This document shows, one piece after another, positions 28,483-42,717 of a DNA stretch of 64,000 nucleotides (its first letter is position 1; every line of letters starts with the position of its first letter). Position numbers and translations under genes: made by a program. A model generated the notes under the pieces. It was not told where the DNA came from. It saw only the letters and a program-made list of their open reading frames with translations, and did no database searches. The DNA is taken from the NCBI RefSeq assembly GCF_000150275.1, contig NW_002060957.1, positions 537,968 through 601,967 on the forward strand, given 5' to 3'. This DNA comes from Trichoplax adhaerens. Its lineage: Eukaryota; Animalia; Placozoa.

Positions 28483-28828
28483 CTAATATGGATAAAACTG
28501 GTTGCAAGATTATTCTAATTGGGCTGGTAGGTGCCCCCAAATTTAAACGTTTAGATTTATAGTTTTTCTAGTCCTGCCCATCAATGCAGATTTGATGAGT
28601 CATCAAGATTCACGTAAGCAACTATTTTAAAGGTAATTTATATAAACAGCTAAAAAACTTCACAGTTTAGTGTAATTGGGATACTACTGCTTGCAGATTG
28701 TTCTAATTTTGCTAATAGATGTCCTCCAAAATATAAACATTTCGATTTATTATCTTTCTAGTCCTGCCTCACTGATGTTGATCCGATGTGTCATCAGGAT
28801 TCATTTAAGCATTTATTCGAAGGGTAAC
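28483..28828. repeat. Degenerate direct duplication (~150 bp x2)
   Basis: ..TTCTAATT..CCAAA.T.TAAAC.TTT.GATTTAT..TTTCTAGTCCTGCC..GATG.GTCATCA.GATTCA..TAAGCA occurs at ~28483-28638 and ~28672-28828. Confidence 0.7.
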
Positions 28829-31800
28829 CTACTTAGCGAGTCTCCTGTTACTTAAATAATACCAATTTCAATTATTTACTACTGTCTAAATCTCATATTA
28901 ATTTTTTATATTCATTAAAGCAGTCGCTGATTGTCGTAACTAAAAATTTTGCTTCATTATGTTCATCAATTTATTATATATCACTTTTTGCTCATTAAGA
29001 TCCGTTTCAGACTAACGCAAAATTATTCAATCAATTTTGAATATTAGTATTATTTAGTTTTATACATTTCATATGCTTTTAGTTCCCAAATGCAAGTATT
29101 AAGGCGGATAATCATCAAAACGATCTTAAATGTATTCTTTCTGTTAAACTTACTTGTAGCGGCGACTTTAATTAGATCATATTTCGGATTAATTTCTTCT
29201 ATAAGATTTAATAGAAGAACTTACATCTTGAAAATAAGCTGTTAAAGATACTTCCGATGCTAAATGATCTTTAATTTGAACCCGAGTGAATTTTATTTTA
29301 TTCTTATCTCTTTTTACAAAATTACATCATAGACGAAATGCAAGACTTTGCTACCGTATTTTTATTAATTTATAGTGATCAAGGTCTGAAAGTGAACAAT
29401 AATTTCTTCTTGTCTAGAATATTAATAAACGTTTTCAATAAAGAAAATTTCATGAAATAAGTCTGTTGATTTAGCGATAATGCTAACTTGTTTAGCTTAT
29501 ATTCGCTGCTTAATTATAGGTTTAATTATAATTTATCCCACAACAAGAATTAAATACTCTATTCGCTAAATGTAGGTCTATCTCATGATGATATTATAAT
29601 AAGTAACTGTTAAATTTGACGGAGAAAATGCAGTAGATCATGCATTGCTAGGGCTTGTTGATGCTTAGTTAAGCAGTCTCTTACTACCCTTGGCGTAAAA
29701 TACTATTTTGGTTTTGCAAAATTTTACTTTAATTAATTTAAGATCTATATCCACACTATTAAGGAGGTAATTGTGGTGACTTTTAGACTTAATTGATCAA
29801 GTTCTGCACTTATTATTTCATATTTTATCAAGTGATCTACATAACATATGACTTTTATGTAATGTTAGGAATGATACAGCAGAAAATGTAAAACTTTTAT
29901 CGATTGAAGGGATAACTGCCAAGTAAAAATGAACATGGTAGACTATTACTATCATGGTAATTTGTATGTAGTAATTGAAAGCTCTCTCAACTTACAAATA
30001 ATTTATAGTAATCTCATTATCAAGCTTAAAACTATAATTTCATCATAACTGAAATAATATTATCTAAGCCCGGTGAAATTGTTGAATTAAATCAGAATAA
30101 GTTTATTGTCGCTTAGTATAACTAATCTATTTTAGGGAAATTCTTCAGTTATAACAGTAGAAAACATCAGGCATTAGCTGACTCCCAAGGTCTCTGATAA
30201 ACTGCATGCCATTAAATTTTTAAAGTTGAAACATAAAGGCTAATTTAAATGATAACGCTGACAATAAGATATTTGTAAGCTTTACTGGTATCGACAATTC
30301 ATCATTGGATTCATTATATTGATGTTATTCTTAATAACTTACCTTTTGCTTAGTCAAGCGGAGTAATATCATTAACAGTTGACGGCAGATTGCAATATTC
30401 CAAAATATATGAAGATCAACCGGATAAGGCACACCTACAAATAAGAATAAATTCATTTTATGTAATATAATGGAGAATTAATAGCCAGACTGCAATTGAA
30501 TTCAATGTTTTTAAATTTAATCTTAACTGCTTAAAAATATGGCGGTTTAAATGACCACATAAATATATGATACAGCTTAGCTAATAAACGGCTTTTGTAT
30601 GCGTTACTTCAGCAATATCTATTTCGCAAGCTGATATTTACCACAATATAGGATAGTGTCTGAAAAAAAGCATATGTGCATATTGCAGTATTTGCATTGC
30701 TTAACGGTACTGGTAAGAACTGAGAAGAGCTGAGTAAAAGGCGAAATAAAGTGTGACTGCATATTTAATTTTTAAATAATAAATATACGCACAAGCGAGT
30801 CGAAAAATTTTCCTTTCATCGTTCATTTTATAGCATAAGAATCAGATACTCTGATCATGAGATGTGATATTCCCTATGCAGGTTGCTTAGTCAGAGAAAT
30901 GGAAACAGGGACAGTTTCTAAAAGATTACACTGCGTATTTTTTTAGGATAAATTCTTAAAATATTCAATACAGATTCTTTGTAACATTATAGGCGAATAA
31001 ACCGGGCGCTTGATTTGCTGGAATCATTCATTTAGCAGACTGAGTACAGTGGCAGCTAAATCGGAAGTAATAGATATACAATTATTCGTGTGGGCCAACA
31101 TTTCCTGTATCTAATAAAATCTATATTTTACTCAGATTAAATGATGGAAGCAATGATTAAAAATTCGGCATTGACCAAATTTCCGATAATTTCCGATTCT
31201 TAAATGATTGAAATAAGGAAAAAATTCTTTAGAACCATTTAGGTAAAACACAAAAATTGAATGAAATGATGAAAACATTTAATTTCTAGCCTGTGCAAGG
31301 ATATTATAATTATAATTTACTCAATTCTACGCTTGGAATATCATTTGTCGTTTTATATATATGGTAAACTTTTGATATTGGCGATTAAATGTGAGCTGCT
31401 AGTTCATACATAATTAAATACAGTATGGAACAGTATACGAATACTTTAACATACAGTATATCATAGCGTAGGTATTCCTTATAGCAGTATAAACTATCAT
31501 CAGTCAGGAGGAGTAAAAGTAGTGAGGTAATTTACGATGATTTCATATAAGTTAAATTTTTTATTGAAAGTAACTTATCGGTTTCAGAAGTGAGCCTGAT
31601 AATTTGACTTCTAAATGGAATGAGGCAATACCATCCAAAATCAAATGGTGACCATCAGGATTTGCTTTTACTATACAGTATATGGTCGTTCAGTAATGTT
31701 ACGTATAGTTTAAAAATTATTTAAAAATATGATTAATACACTCAGCAGTAAACTGAATAGCAATTTAAAACCAGTTTAACATGGAATATTTCAATATAGC

Positions 31801-33292
31801 AAGCAGCTAGATTAGCGCAAAATCGCAATGTTTTGGCAGTTACAGATATTAAAAATGAATAAATTGATAAGATAATAGACGGGAGTTCAGAATCGGCTCA
31901 TTATGGATTACTTAATTAAGCAAGCAGCTGGATTAATATGAAACTGTAAGATATCATGGACTGCAATGTTTTAAGTAATTCAAAAATTCAAAATTGAAGA
32001 CTGACTAGGTATTAATCATTCTCTTAAAATCATTTTAAGACAAATTACTTTAACTTAACCAATGACTAGATTTATGGGAAGCTACAAGGTTGTGTACAGT
32101 TCGAAAAGATATTTTAAAAAAATAATAAATTGATGACGTACTAAACCGCATTTCAGAATCAGCTTCAATAGATTTTCCAGCAATTATGTAGGACTTGAAT
32201 GTGACTTAGAATTAAATGACTGTTTAAAGACGTTCTATGGTAATTTGCACAGATAAATACAGCTTTATAGGCGAATCTGTGATGGTCAGTAGGATTGTAT
32301 CTTGATTTTTGTTCCACGATAAATCGACATATTTTCCCTAAGCATATTTGACACATAGCATAAGAATTTGATTTATTGTGAAGTTCCAGTCCCCACGCAT
32401 TGATGTGCAAATCAGATTAAACTTGTAACACGTGTAATTTTATAACAGCTACCATCAGTCGATTAATTATTACATGCCTAAATGCGCGTACGTCGATGAG
32501 ATAAATTTTAAAATAAAAAATTTAACGACAAATTGTTACGAATAAATGTTTATCATTAACAATGAAATTTAATCATACATATTAATGCTAACAATACCAA
32601 TACTATGACAGCACTAGAATAGCGTCTTCTATATGCTAAATTTACATCATACTAGTATTACAGTTAGATTTCATGAAATAAAAATTGATACCATAGTTAT
32701 TAATATCTCGGTACGCTATTTTACACATTGTCACAAATTTAAACTTTTTAACATTTAATGGGAAGATTAATTTAGAAGCATTTATGCTTTGCAGTACTTA
32801 CAGCATGGATTACAATTTTTCTGTTAACTGTACCCAAGTCATCATTTACTATCATTATAGTTATCTTTATGAATTCGATAGAATTGCCTTACAATTCTAT
32901 TGGCTATATCGTAATAATTTTATACTGTATCGCGTGTTCTACTTATAACTAAATCAAACAGTTTCATCTAAATCACTAAAATATCGTCTTAACCGATAAT
33001 ATTACAATATGGTCATACACAACTGTGTTACGACTACAAAATAGGAGATTATTTAGCATGATTGTTATAATTTCTATTACGTTAATTGCCATATCATTTT
33101 TAATAGTAATTGAAAAATTTGTATTCTCTTTTAGATTGCCCATAATTTAATACATTATATTATATTCTTAGCAAGTATATACTACAATAACTGTTTCTTT
33201 AGAACTAAAAATAGATTCAGTAAATCTTTTCAGCGATATAGTCCAAGATACATACAATAAATCCATACAGGTAATGCATGAGAGTTATCATA

Positions 33293-36200
33293 TTAACGCC
33301 AACTTAGATTTTGCTGTGCATTCAACTGTCCAGGAGTGTTCGCGTAGATGTTGCCTTGCTGTTGCACAGGAAAATTACCGTACTGTTGTGAAGTTTGTCC
33401 AGTCATGTTTCTTGCAGACGAATCACTTGGCGAAGATTGAGCTGAAAGTAAGAACAGTATCATTTCATTAAAGGGTTTCTAGTTTCATATAAAACATATA
33501 CCACACATTTTCATCATCAATATAGATTAGTATATTACGAGTGAATACTTCAAAACGTTGGATAGATACCTACCTTCCTGTACAAATTTACTGGCATAGG
33601 CAAATACTGCTTCATAGCACATGATGTATTGATCCTAGTAATAAAGTATATAATTTGGTTGATTACAACAAACTACAAATGGACATCTTTAATTCGTTCT
33701 TTTTTCTAGGCGAGATAATAACACATGTAACACGTTGACATCAACATACTCTGATCATATACCTTAGTTCGAACCATGTAATTTCGACGTTGGCGAAGGG
33801 ATTGAATCAGCTTTGAAATATTTACTATGCAGCAATAATTTAATAGGTCATTAAAACCTAGATTCAGATACTAAAAATGCTACATTAGCAATAACACATC
33901 GCATACTTAATCCATGTCCGCCTGCCATTTCTTTGATAGCAGTGTAAAGGATACAGAATGCTCCTGTTCTTCCAACTCCATCACTGTAAGAGGACACAAA
34001 ATTAATCTTCGACTAATCTATTATTATGAGAAGAAGCTGTATATGCCGCTCTTACCTGCAATGCACCACAACAGGCGCTTGCGATCCAGGGTCGATCTTT
34101 TGTAGGTGAGATGTGACGTCTTCTAAATAGGCCATGAGTGGCTTGTACGATGTTTGATTGCTACAATAGAATAAATATAAGAAGTGAATAAGCTTTTATT
34201 AAACTCCATGAAATAGCGTATTTTGTATTTTACTTACAACGGCTGAGGCCACGTAATCAGTTGTAACTGAGTTATTGACCTACTTTCGGTATTCTAGTAG
34301 TAAAGCAATAAGTGTAGGTTATTTTAACAATCAGCTAATTAAATAAAATATTATGGTATAGTATCTTGCTCTACTTCAAAATTATAAGAACCTTTTTAAT
34401 GGTTATTATCCTCTTGAATCCATAAGGTTGAGCTTCTTGGCTTGCTAAAGTTACAACAATAGCACCGTAGGTAACTGATGATCCTACATTTTCCGGCCAA
34501 TAGCGATCGCACACACGCTAGCGTAAGTGATTAAACGCACATATTAATACAGTATAGAAGGTAACTGAAGGTGTCATTTTTTGTAGAACTCTACCTTGCA
34601 GTTTTCAATTTCAGCTACTAACATAGCAATAAATAATGCATTTGTTTCCCAAATCATACGCCAGAAATCAGTAAAGGATGACGGCAAGGGAGGTTGTGTA
34701 GCAATATATCGTGATGATAACGTAGTTAAATCATCAATCAAGCTCGAGTTTATATATCCTTCATCGCCTTCATATTGCGGGCTCAATATTACTCGGGAAT
34801 AATCATCTAACGTCAATAATAAGCATAATTGCGTTTTAGTTATCAAATTAGTATCGTAGCTTCAGACAATGTTTAATATTCTTCTTACAAGGTAGAATAG
34901 TTTCATCGCGATTGCCAATTGGATGCCGGTGAGCTACGTTACAAGGGTATTTGCGAGAGTCCGTAACACGGCTCTCTTCTAGAGCCTGTATGTAAGAAAT
35001 ATTCATCGTAAGTCAGCCATGAAATGAAAACTACAAGAATATAATTTTATTTTTATTCAAAACGCAAATCTAAAACCTGAAACTCAGTAGTGAAACCGTC
35101 ACAGTTCTGTTGGGCACTGTAGCATAAAGACTGCATGTTTTGACCAAACTGCATTGTATCAGAGCGTAATTTATCTATGTACTCTCTGGAGAAACTTTGA
35201 AGAAGTGGCTTCTGCTGAGTTGGAGCAGCTGGTTTACTACCCGCTATCACAGGCGATAAAATAGTGCTCCCGGATGTTCCTTGCAAATTAAATTGATCTA
35301 CGCTTGAGGTAAGTAAATCAACGGGCTGATTATTGTTTTTCGCCTGATATAACCGTGGTGGAAATTGCTGATTCTGCACCGGTTGAAGAATTTGAGGCTT
35401 TTGTTGTTGTGCTGGGGGTGCTCCATTGTATTGTCCCTGCTGTAAAACAGATTCGTTTGAATTATTTCATAAATTGTATACATATTTGCTAACAAATTTA
35501 TTTTTCGGTTACCTCATGAAGTTGCCTAGAATTTGCCTGCGACATGTTTGCATTGTATGGCCTAACTGGTCCCTGTTGATTGACTTGCTGCAGTGGAGTA
35601 AACTGCTGTTGTTGTTGCTGCTTGGCAGTACTGATTCCACCTTGTACTTGGCTGTTGCCATACATATTTTGACCTTGCGAATTTGTTTGATTATACATAT
35701 TCATGCTTTGTCCACCTTGCTGAGTGTTAAGCATTTGCTGCATTACAGGATTAGAATGAACATAGACAGTGCTCTGCGCAGTTGATTTAGCCGATTGTGA
35801 AGGAAGATTATTTACCATAGAAGGATTATTATTTACCGTTACGTACGAAGTTTGCGTAGTAGGTCGAGGCCCCATTTGTTGCTGTAGTGGCTGAGCACTC
35901 ATAAAACCAGTCGGACCTTGATTTTGGCTCTGCTGTTGTAGACTAGGCTGCTGCTGATTACTGCATATCCAAGCGGTATTATCACCAGCTGGTTTAGAAG
36001 ACTGATTTACTATCCCTTCATTTCGCCTTATGTTGAAAGAGCTATTTGATGGGATATTTCCTTGAGAGAAAGTGCCGGGATGCTGATGTTGAGACACCGC
36101 TTGTCCTGCACTGCTTTGCGATTGAATAGTATGTGCTTGTTGATTTTGGGGCCTTGATAAGACCTGTGTCGGCTGCTGAGCTGACTGAGACGACGGAAGT

Positions 36201-39200
36201 TGTGGCTGGTAAGTCGGGTAGCCAGAAAACTTCTGATCTAATCCTTGATTCGAAAATTGATTTTGTAAGGCAGTAGTTGATTGAGGCAAATTTGATTGAA
36301 TATCTTGGCGTTGTACATTGGTGTGAGGACCCAAAACGTTACCCGAGGATGGCTGCTGAAAACTCACGTGTTGTGAATTTGGTTGGTTTAAATTTGGATT
36401 TGATATTTGTCTTTGTATCGCATTAGGCACTGCAGTACTATTTGACTGAGAAATTTGACGTTGCGGATTAGGTGCTGTATTACTACCGGATTGAGAATTT
36501 TGATATTGTAGGTTATCATTGAATGCTATTGTTGCATTACCACTCGTCAACTGTTGAGACTGATAGTTATTTTGGGGTAGCATACTTCCACTAGATACTT
36601 GCCGGGTAGCCGATAATTGATTTTGAGGATGCGATGGAATGTTGGCTTGGTATGGCAGTGAGACTGGAGTTGATACATTGCTTTGGGAATTCATTGCTGC
36701 AGAAATCTGGTTTACTGAAGATAAAGGAACTGGACTACGCTGCTGCGACAGTAACGGCTGTGGCGATTGTGGTTGCATCGGTAACGGCTTCTGTTGTTGT
36801 TGAGAGATACTTGCGGGAGTTGGATGTGGAGATTGTGGAGATACTGGAATAGTCGATTGGGAATACGTACTGGAGGGTAGCGATTGTTGATGCTGAAGTG
36901 AAGATGGAGCTGCATCCGTACGGCCTTGGAAAAATTGATTATCATCTCGATTCGGCAAAGGTAATGCAGTAGGACTAGCGGTATTAAAATTCATGCCTTT
37001 GTTTAAGTTTTGCTGATTTGTTGGCGAAGTAGGGGTTACTTGGCCATTTGCAATTAATCCCCAACGCTGAGTGTTTGCTATTGGCTGTAATAAAAACATA
37101 TAATTATTTCAGTATCTGAGATAAGAGCATAAAACTATTTATCAAATCTTAAAATGAAAAAAATGTACAGTATTATTGGCCATTAATTCAGCATTTTTCT
37201 TCGCTCTTCTTTCTGCAACAATTTCCCTAAGAATACAATATGTAGATGAGATGCTATTTATTCGAATATGATTTGGCTACATTAAGGCTCTACCTTGCTT
37301 TTTGCTCCCGTTCTTTCAATCTTTGCTGTATGACTGGTTCAATTTTCTGAGAGAATTTTTCGATATCATTTGCAAATTTCTTATAGAATTCAATTCCATG
37401 CCTAGAATAATAGAGGCGAAATAATACCGTCCAAGTCAGAGTCTGCATCTATTAGAACGTAGAATACTAACAATACGTAAATACTTACTCGGCTTTTGAA
37501 ATTAATTCATTCATTACGTTGTAAGATAGCATAAGGGATTTAATATAAGCATTTCGCCTATGATGGAAGCAAATTTAAAACATTAACCAAACGGTCATAG
37601 ACCTGTAGCTTCAATAAGATTAGCATTTCGTTTCTTACTTTGCGCTAGTTTTGCATGCTTGTTCACGTGCAGCTCCATATTTGGCATTTGCATCAGTTAA
37701 CACCCTAGTTAAAGCAGAAAAAGAGAGAAAGGACTATAGCAGACTATCAGGAAGTACCCCAGAGTTATATCTATATAACAGCCACAATGCAAGCGCCTTA
37801 CATTATAATTCTTTCTTGAGCCGCCAAATTTTGGCGAATTACGTTAACAAGACTATCATGTTTCTGTATCTGCTCGTGAAAGATATCAGTACTATCTTTA
37901 TTGGTTTGAGTGACAATCATGGATGTAATATCATCCTCATTTAAGGCTTCTCTCAAATTTCCCTCTAGATTACTTCTCTGTTTTTTCATTTCTTCTACTT
38001 TTGCCTGCAAGCCACGTTATGATATAAATAATCATGCATGAATCTAGGAAAATAATATAGTTAACACTATTGAATGAATTCATTTTACCAAAATTCTTCG
38101 AAGATTTGTTTCAGCAGCTTCATCAATAGGTATATCTAATAAGTTTAACTTTGGTAGAGAAGCCATTAAAGCATCCTTCGAACCATTTAGCAATTTTAGA
38201 TTTTCAATATTACTATCGTATGCATTGAAAACTTCATCATTGCACTTCATCGCTTTGTCGTTTGCTTCTTTTCTTCTTTCGAATTTAGATTTCAATTCTT
38301 CAAATACGGCTGCGTCATGTACTATACCAAATTTAGACTACAAAACACCGAATTAGATGGCATATCGCAAATCGAGTTCGAAACTTAGATAAAGTTTGAC
38401 AGGGAAGGCAACTGGAAATAGTACGTAGTTTTACGTAGATACCTCAAAGCGCTCTGCAGCTTGGTTTTCTTCATTCAATTTTTTGTCAGTAGCGTTAATT
38501 TTATCTTCGATATCTTGGTATAAACGCTTTAACTCTGAAATTAAATAAACAGACTAAATTAAGACACCTACATACCGATCTATAGGGCCTTGAACAAAAT
38601 ATTACCTTCGATTAACTCAATCAATTTTTCTAGAACATCAGGATTGCTATTTAACTGTTGATTAATTTCAGAAATTTCACCTACATCACATCATTTGTAT
38701 AATCAGATAGAGTAATTAGTAATGGCTTTCGGTATATATCTATTTTTGATACGTATATAAAAACCTTACTTGGCAATTCCATTTGTACTTGCATATCGCT
38801 TCGGTTTAAGTTTGGTAATTGGAGTGACGATATCACTTGGCTTAAGTAATTTTAGAAATTTGTTTCAAATATAATCAAATATAAGTCTTAGGTCTGACTA
38901 TGCTGCATATGCCAAAATATCATAATCATTAGGAAGAAATTGATCCATACCTTAGCTCTTCATTTTTTTGCTGAATAGAACTAGTAACTGATCGCAGGAG
39001 TTGAGCCTTTTCTTCACTATGGTACATAGAATATTAAACAAACAGTCTAGATTAATTTAATCTAGTAAGAGTATTAACAACGATGTCATGGTGCTGTGCT
39101 TACCTATACATTGATGACTGTTCATGTGCCTGCATTGGAACAAGTTTTGCAAAGATGTCATCGCCATAAAGATTTTTATCAGTTGGGCAAAAGGCACGAG

Positions 39201-42200
39201 GTTTAGAGAGAGAAAGTCCTAAAGAGATGTATCAACATGGCAGTCAGTGACGATTTATGATATTAAGTAATTTAAATCTTTTCCACAAGTACTAATCGAT
39301 TTAACATAGTATCATCTCATGCCTTCGATCACTGGCAGATTAGCGATTGCAGGTATAGATTCATGATACACAAAGTCATTATCTTTGATCGCTGCTTTTA
39401 ACCTGTTTGAATATACAAGTTTAGCATTGGCCAATAACGGCATAAAAATATACATATAATAGGTAAAATATTGACTTATAGAAAGGCTGATTTATCATCA
39501 GATGTATCAAGCTTACTGATAATTTATCACGTCGTAGGTGTAATTATAGACATCTTGGAATTTAGCATCAATTCCTTGCTGTGAATTTTCATAAAACGAA
39601 ATTGTTATTAATGACATTTTTCAATTAGAAGGTAATTTCGTCTTAAAATATTACCGCTACCTTTAAAAGTTTTGAACATTCTTCTAGTTTTGCAGAAGCA
39701 GCTTTTAAATAACCAACCTTAAAATGAAAATAAACGAAGTAGAGAGAGCTTAGTGATGCCGTTATCTAACTGTATTTATTATATAACAATATATATGTCA
39801 TTGTCAATCTATAGATTATATACAACGTTCCATAAAATTTTAGTCGCATAGTCATCCTAACTTACAATGATAAAAAGAAATACTTACTTTATCTCCAAAT
39901 CTCGAATTTTCATCGGAAGAGTTTGCCATATACAACTGTTTAAGTAGATTGTAATTGTTAAGAAATTAATAAATGCACTCGGTTGAGCAAATTAAATGGT
40001 CCAATACATTACAATTAACTATACGAATTACTCACATGCGCAACTGCGTCATAGTATACAATTTTAAAGGTTAGAAACTTTGACCATACCTAAAAGAACA
40101 AAGTAATGATTATTTTAACAACTATATAGTATTTACTTGCATTTCCTATAGTAAACAATTTCGTTCTTACTTTGCATCTTCTTGAACTAATGATTTGTAC
40201 AGCAGCTTCTAATATATTTTGGCCAAGTCTCAGATAGCTAATAATTTGCGCTGCTATTCGAGCAATTAAGGAGCCCTTTCTGTTGTCTTTGATCGATTTT
40301 TCCAATATGCATTCTTGCGCTTGACCCTATTTTCGCGACAGAATGTTAGGTAAAAAATAATAATAGATAGGCGAGATTTCGATCATCGGTATACATACCA
40401 GCATTAATTGTATGTAGAAGGAAATAATAGCATGGCTAACATCGGGAGTATAATCCCCCCCAACTTGATCCTATAAAGGATTAAGAAGATCTTAGTGGTT
40501 ATTAACGATCCGTGTTTCTACAGTATTGCAACATATACTAGCATTTATTTAACTACAAAATCTACAAATATTTAAGATCGATTACTGACACAGTTGATGT
40601 GACTAGAATGCTATTTGTATCTTAGCAATAGTATTTTATTTAATTAAGAAAGTTTAATTTAAAATGTACAGTTAAGTAGGTGAATATTCCAGCAGCATCT
40701 TGAAAATGAGTACAGGATGTTTTCAATGCCTACAGTGCATAATTTATGGCAGATCAGCTTATATTAATCTTTTCATACCTAGGCTACTTTACATATAGGT
40801 ATTATAGCATGTCTTACTTCGTCAGTCATTCTCTCATCTTTCGCACCTAATTCGGCATGTAAGGCTCCCAAATTGTGCAATATGCAGGCTTGCTCGAATT
40901 TAATATCATCATGACATACCTCCTTTCCATTATACATGTCAGTCCTATCAAAGTTGATAAAATAAGAGCTCCTTGAAGATAATAAAATTTTCAGTTATAA
41001 AATTACGTAAAGTATGTCATACCATGTATACAGTATAGCTGCTCGTTCACCAGATCGCATAGCGAATCGCGCTGTCATCATATTTAATTGGCAAAAATAG
41101 CGCGCAAGGAGTAGGCATCCATTTTCCCCGCATGGTGGAATAATAATAGACTGAAATGCAAGATTTTTGAACGTCAAGCAATTACTATTAAACACTGCTG
41201 ATAAGCCTGAAGCGAAAAAGCAAATTTCAGTACAAGCTTATAGGTACGATTATTTGTTCTCCATGCTACGTTAACAAATTAAGAATGCTGCAGATCTTGC
41301 TGCATCTGCGCTACTGAGATAATATATGAAAGATATGACGAGAATCTATTAGATCTAGGTTGTGCGAAAGTTAGAAGATTTGGTTTTGACAGCAAATTAC
41401 GTAAAAAAAAAACATCCAAAAGAGCATTCTTTGAACCAAGATAAAAATATCATTTTATCCTAAACCAAGTTGGTAAGTCTAAATTTTACAAGTGTAACCA
41501 TTGATAACCTATAGCCAACCCGTATTTTCTATTGACAACTGTTGTGGCTCTTAAACAAAAACTATAAAGCAGCGATGCTCTCTTCAGTTAGTTTTCGGTG
41601 CTGCGTAAATGTGTATCAAATTTAGGTAAAAAAGCAGTTTAAGCAGGATTGATTGTCTAGAGACTATTAATATTGTTATCGTATATTCATAACTATCATG
41701 CTTATTGACTTTTTGATTCGTGTAATTATATCAGCGCGAGTGTAATAAGATAGTGCCAATTCATAAATAGATTGACTAGTGATCAGAATAGAAAAGTAAA
41801 TATTAGAATTCAGGGATTCAGTGACATCTGATAGCATTCAATCTATGGTACGAATATTTCTAGAAAGTTACTGTTGAACTCTTCAATCAAGCGACGATAC
41901 TACTAGTAATCAACGTTGAAAAATACTATCATTTTAGCCCCAGCATAAGCAATCAAGAGTATTACTTAAATGACATACAGTATCAATATTTGCTCAAGTC
42001 GCAGGAAATTACTAATGAAAATTATAGGACATGAAGCGTAAAAGTTTATACAGTAGTTCTATGTTTCTATCGCACAATAACAAATTGTGGAGGTGAAATC
42101 CCCCAATTGTAAAGCGATTCGATTTTTTCAATAACGACAACGGCACATTATGGTAAAAATATTATCGATTAACTACAGCAATAAAGGGTGGAAATAATTG

Positions 42201-42468
42201 ATCACATTATTCTAACAGCAATTGATCGATTATAATAATTGGAGACTAGAATGTGTTATTCTAACCGAAATGATCAGCAACGATGAATACTGTATTAATT
42301 AAACAGCGTGGTCTATATACAGTATAAAAAGTAGGCTACTCACCCTATTAATATAAAATTCATAAATAATAATATCGAAAGATTTTCAGTTACCTTTCGT
42401 AAAGCTTCTAGTTGTTGTATCTCGCCATTGTAGTTGTCGCTGTTTTCTTGGTAATTCTCGCTAATATA
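33293..42468 (-). CDS. PTPN23: Tyrosine-protein phosphatase non-receptor type 23 (HD-PTP): Bro1, V/coiled-coil, Q/P/S-rich region, PTP domain; first coding exon not located
   Basis: Bro1 exons 42468-42394 (YISENYQENSDNYNGEIQQLEALRK), 41150-41023 (GCLLLARYFCQL..ILYTW), HDDIKFEQACILHNLGALHAELG, MLGQAQECILEKSIKDNRKGSLIARIAAQ, KDNDFVYHE, DIFAKLVPMQAHEQSSMYSEEKA; V domain EDDITSMI..IRQNLAAQERI..GIEFYKKF; large low-complexity exon ~35511-37084; PTP domain YDYSRVIL..YINSS..YIATQPPL..DFWRMIWE, VHCSDGVGRTG, LRQRR..DQY; stop at 33293-33295. Confidence 0.92.
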
Positions 42469-42717
42469 CTAATTATCAATGGTTATAAGATAAAACTTGT
42501 CATTAGGAATAAACAAATAGCATTACTAACTCAAATAATAACTAGTTAGTACTGTTCTACAAAACTGGATTACAATTAGAAGTAAGCTTCAGAAGTTGAA
42601 TGCTGTTTTAGGCCACGTTTCATCTGCTGTCTAACTGGGATCATTTATGACAACTTTCTAAAGTATGATTACACTAAGTCTTGATCAATGCGTGAGTGAC
42701 AGAAGTACAGAAAAGTT

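Noticed and set aside
33274-37944. Plus-strand ORFs overlapping PTPN23
   Set aside because: Antisense shadows of coding exons with no independent motifs.
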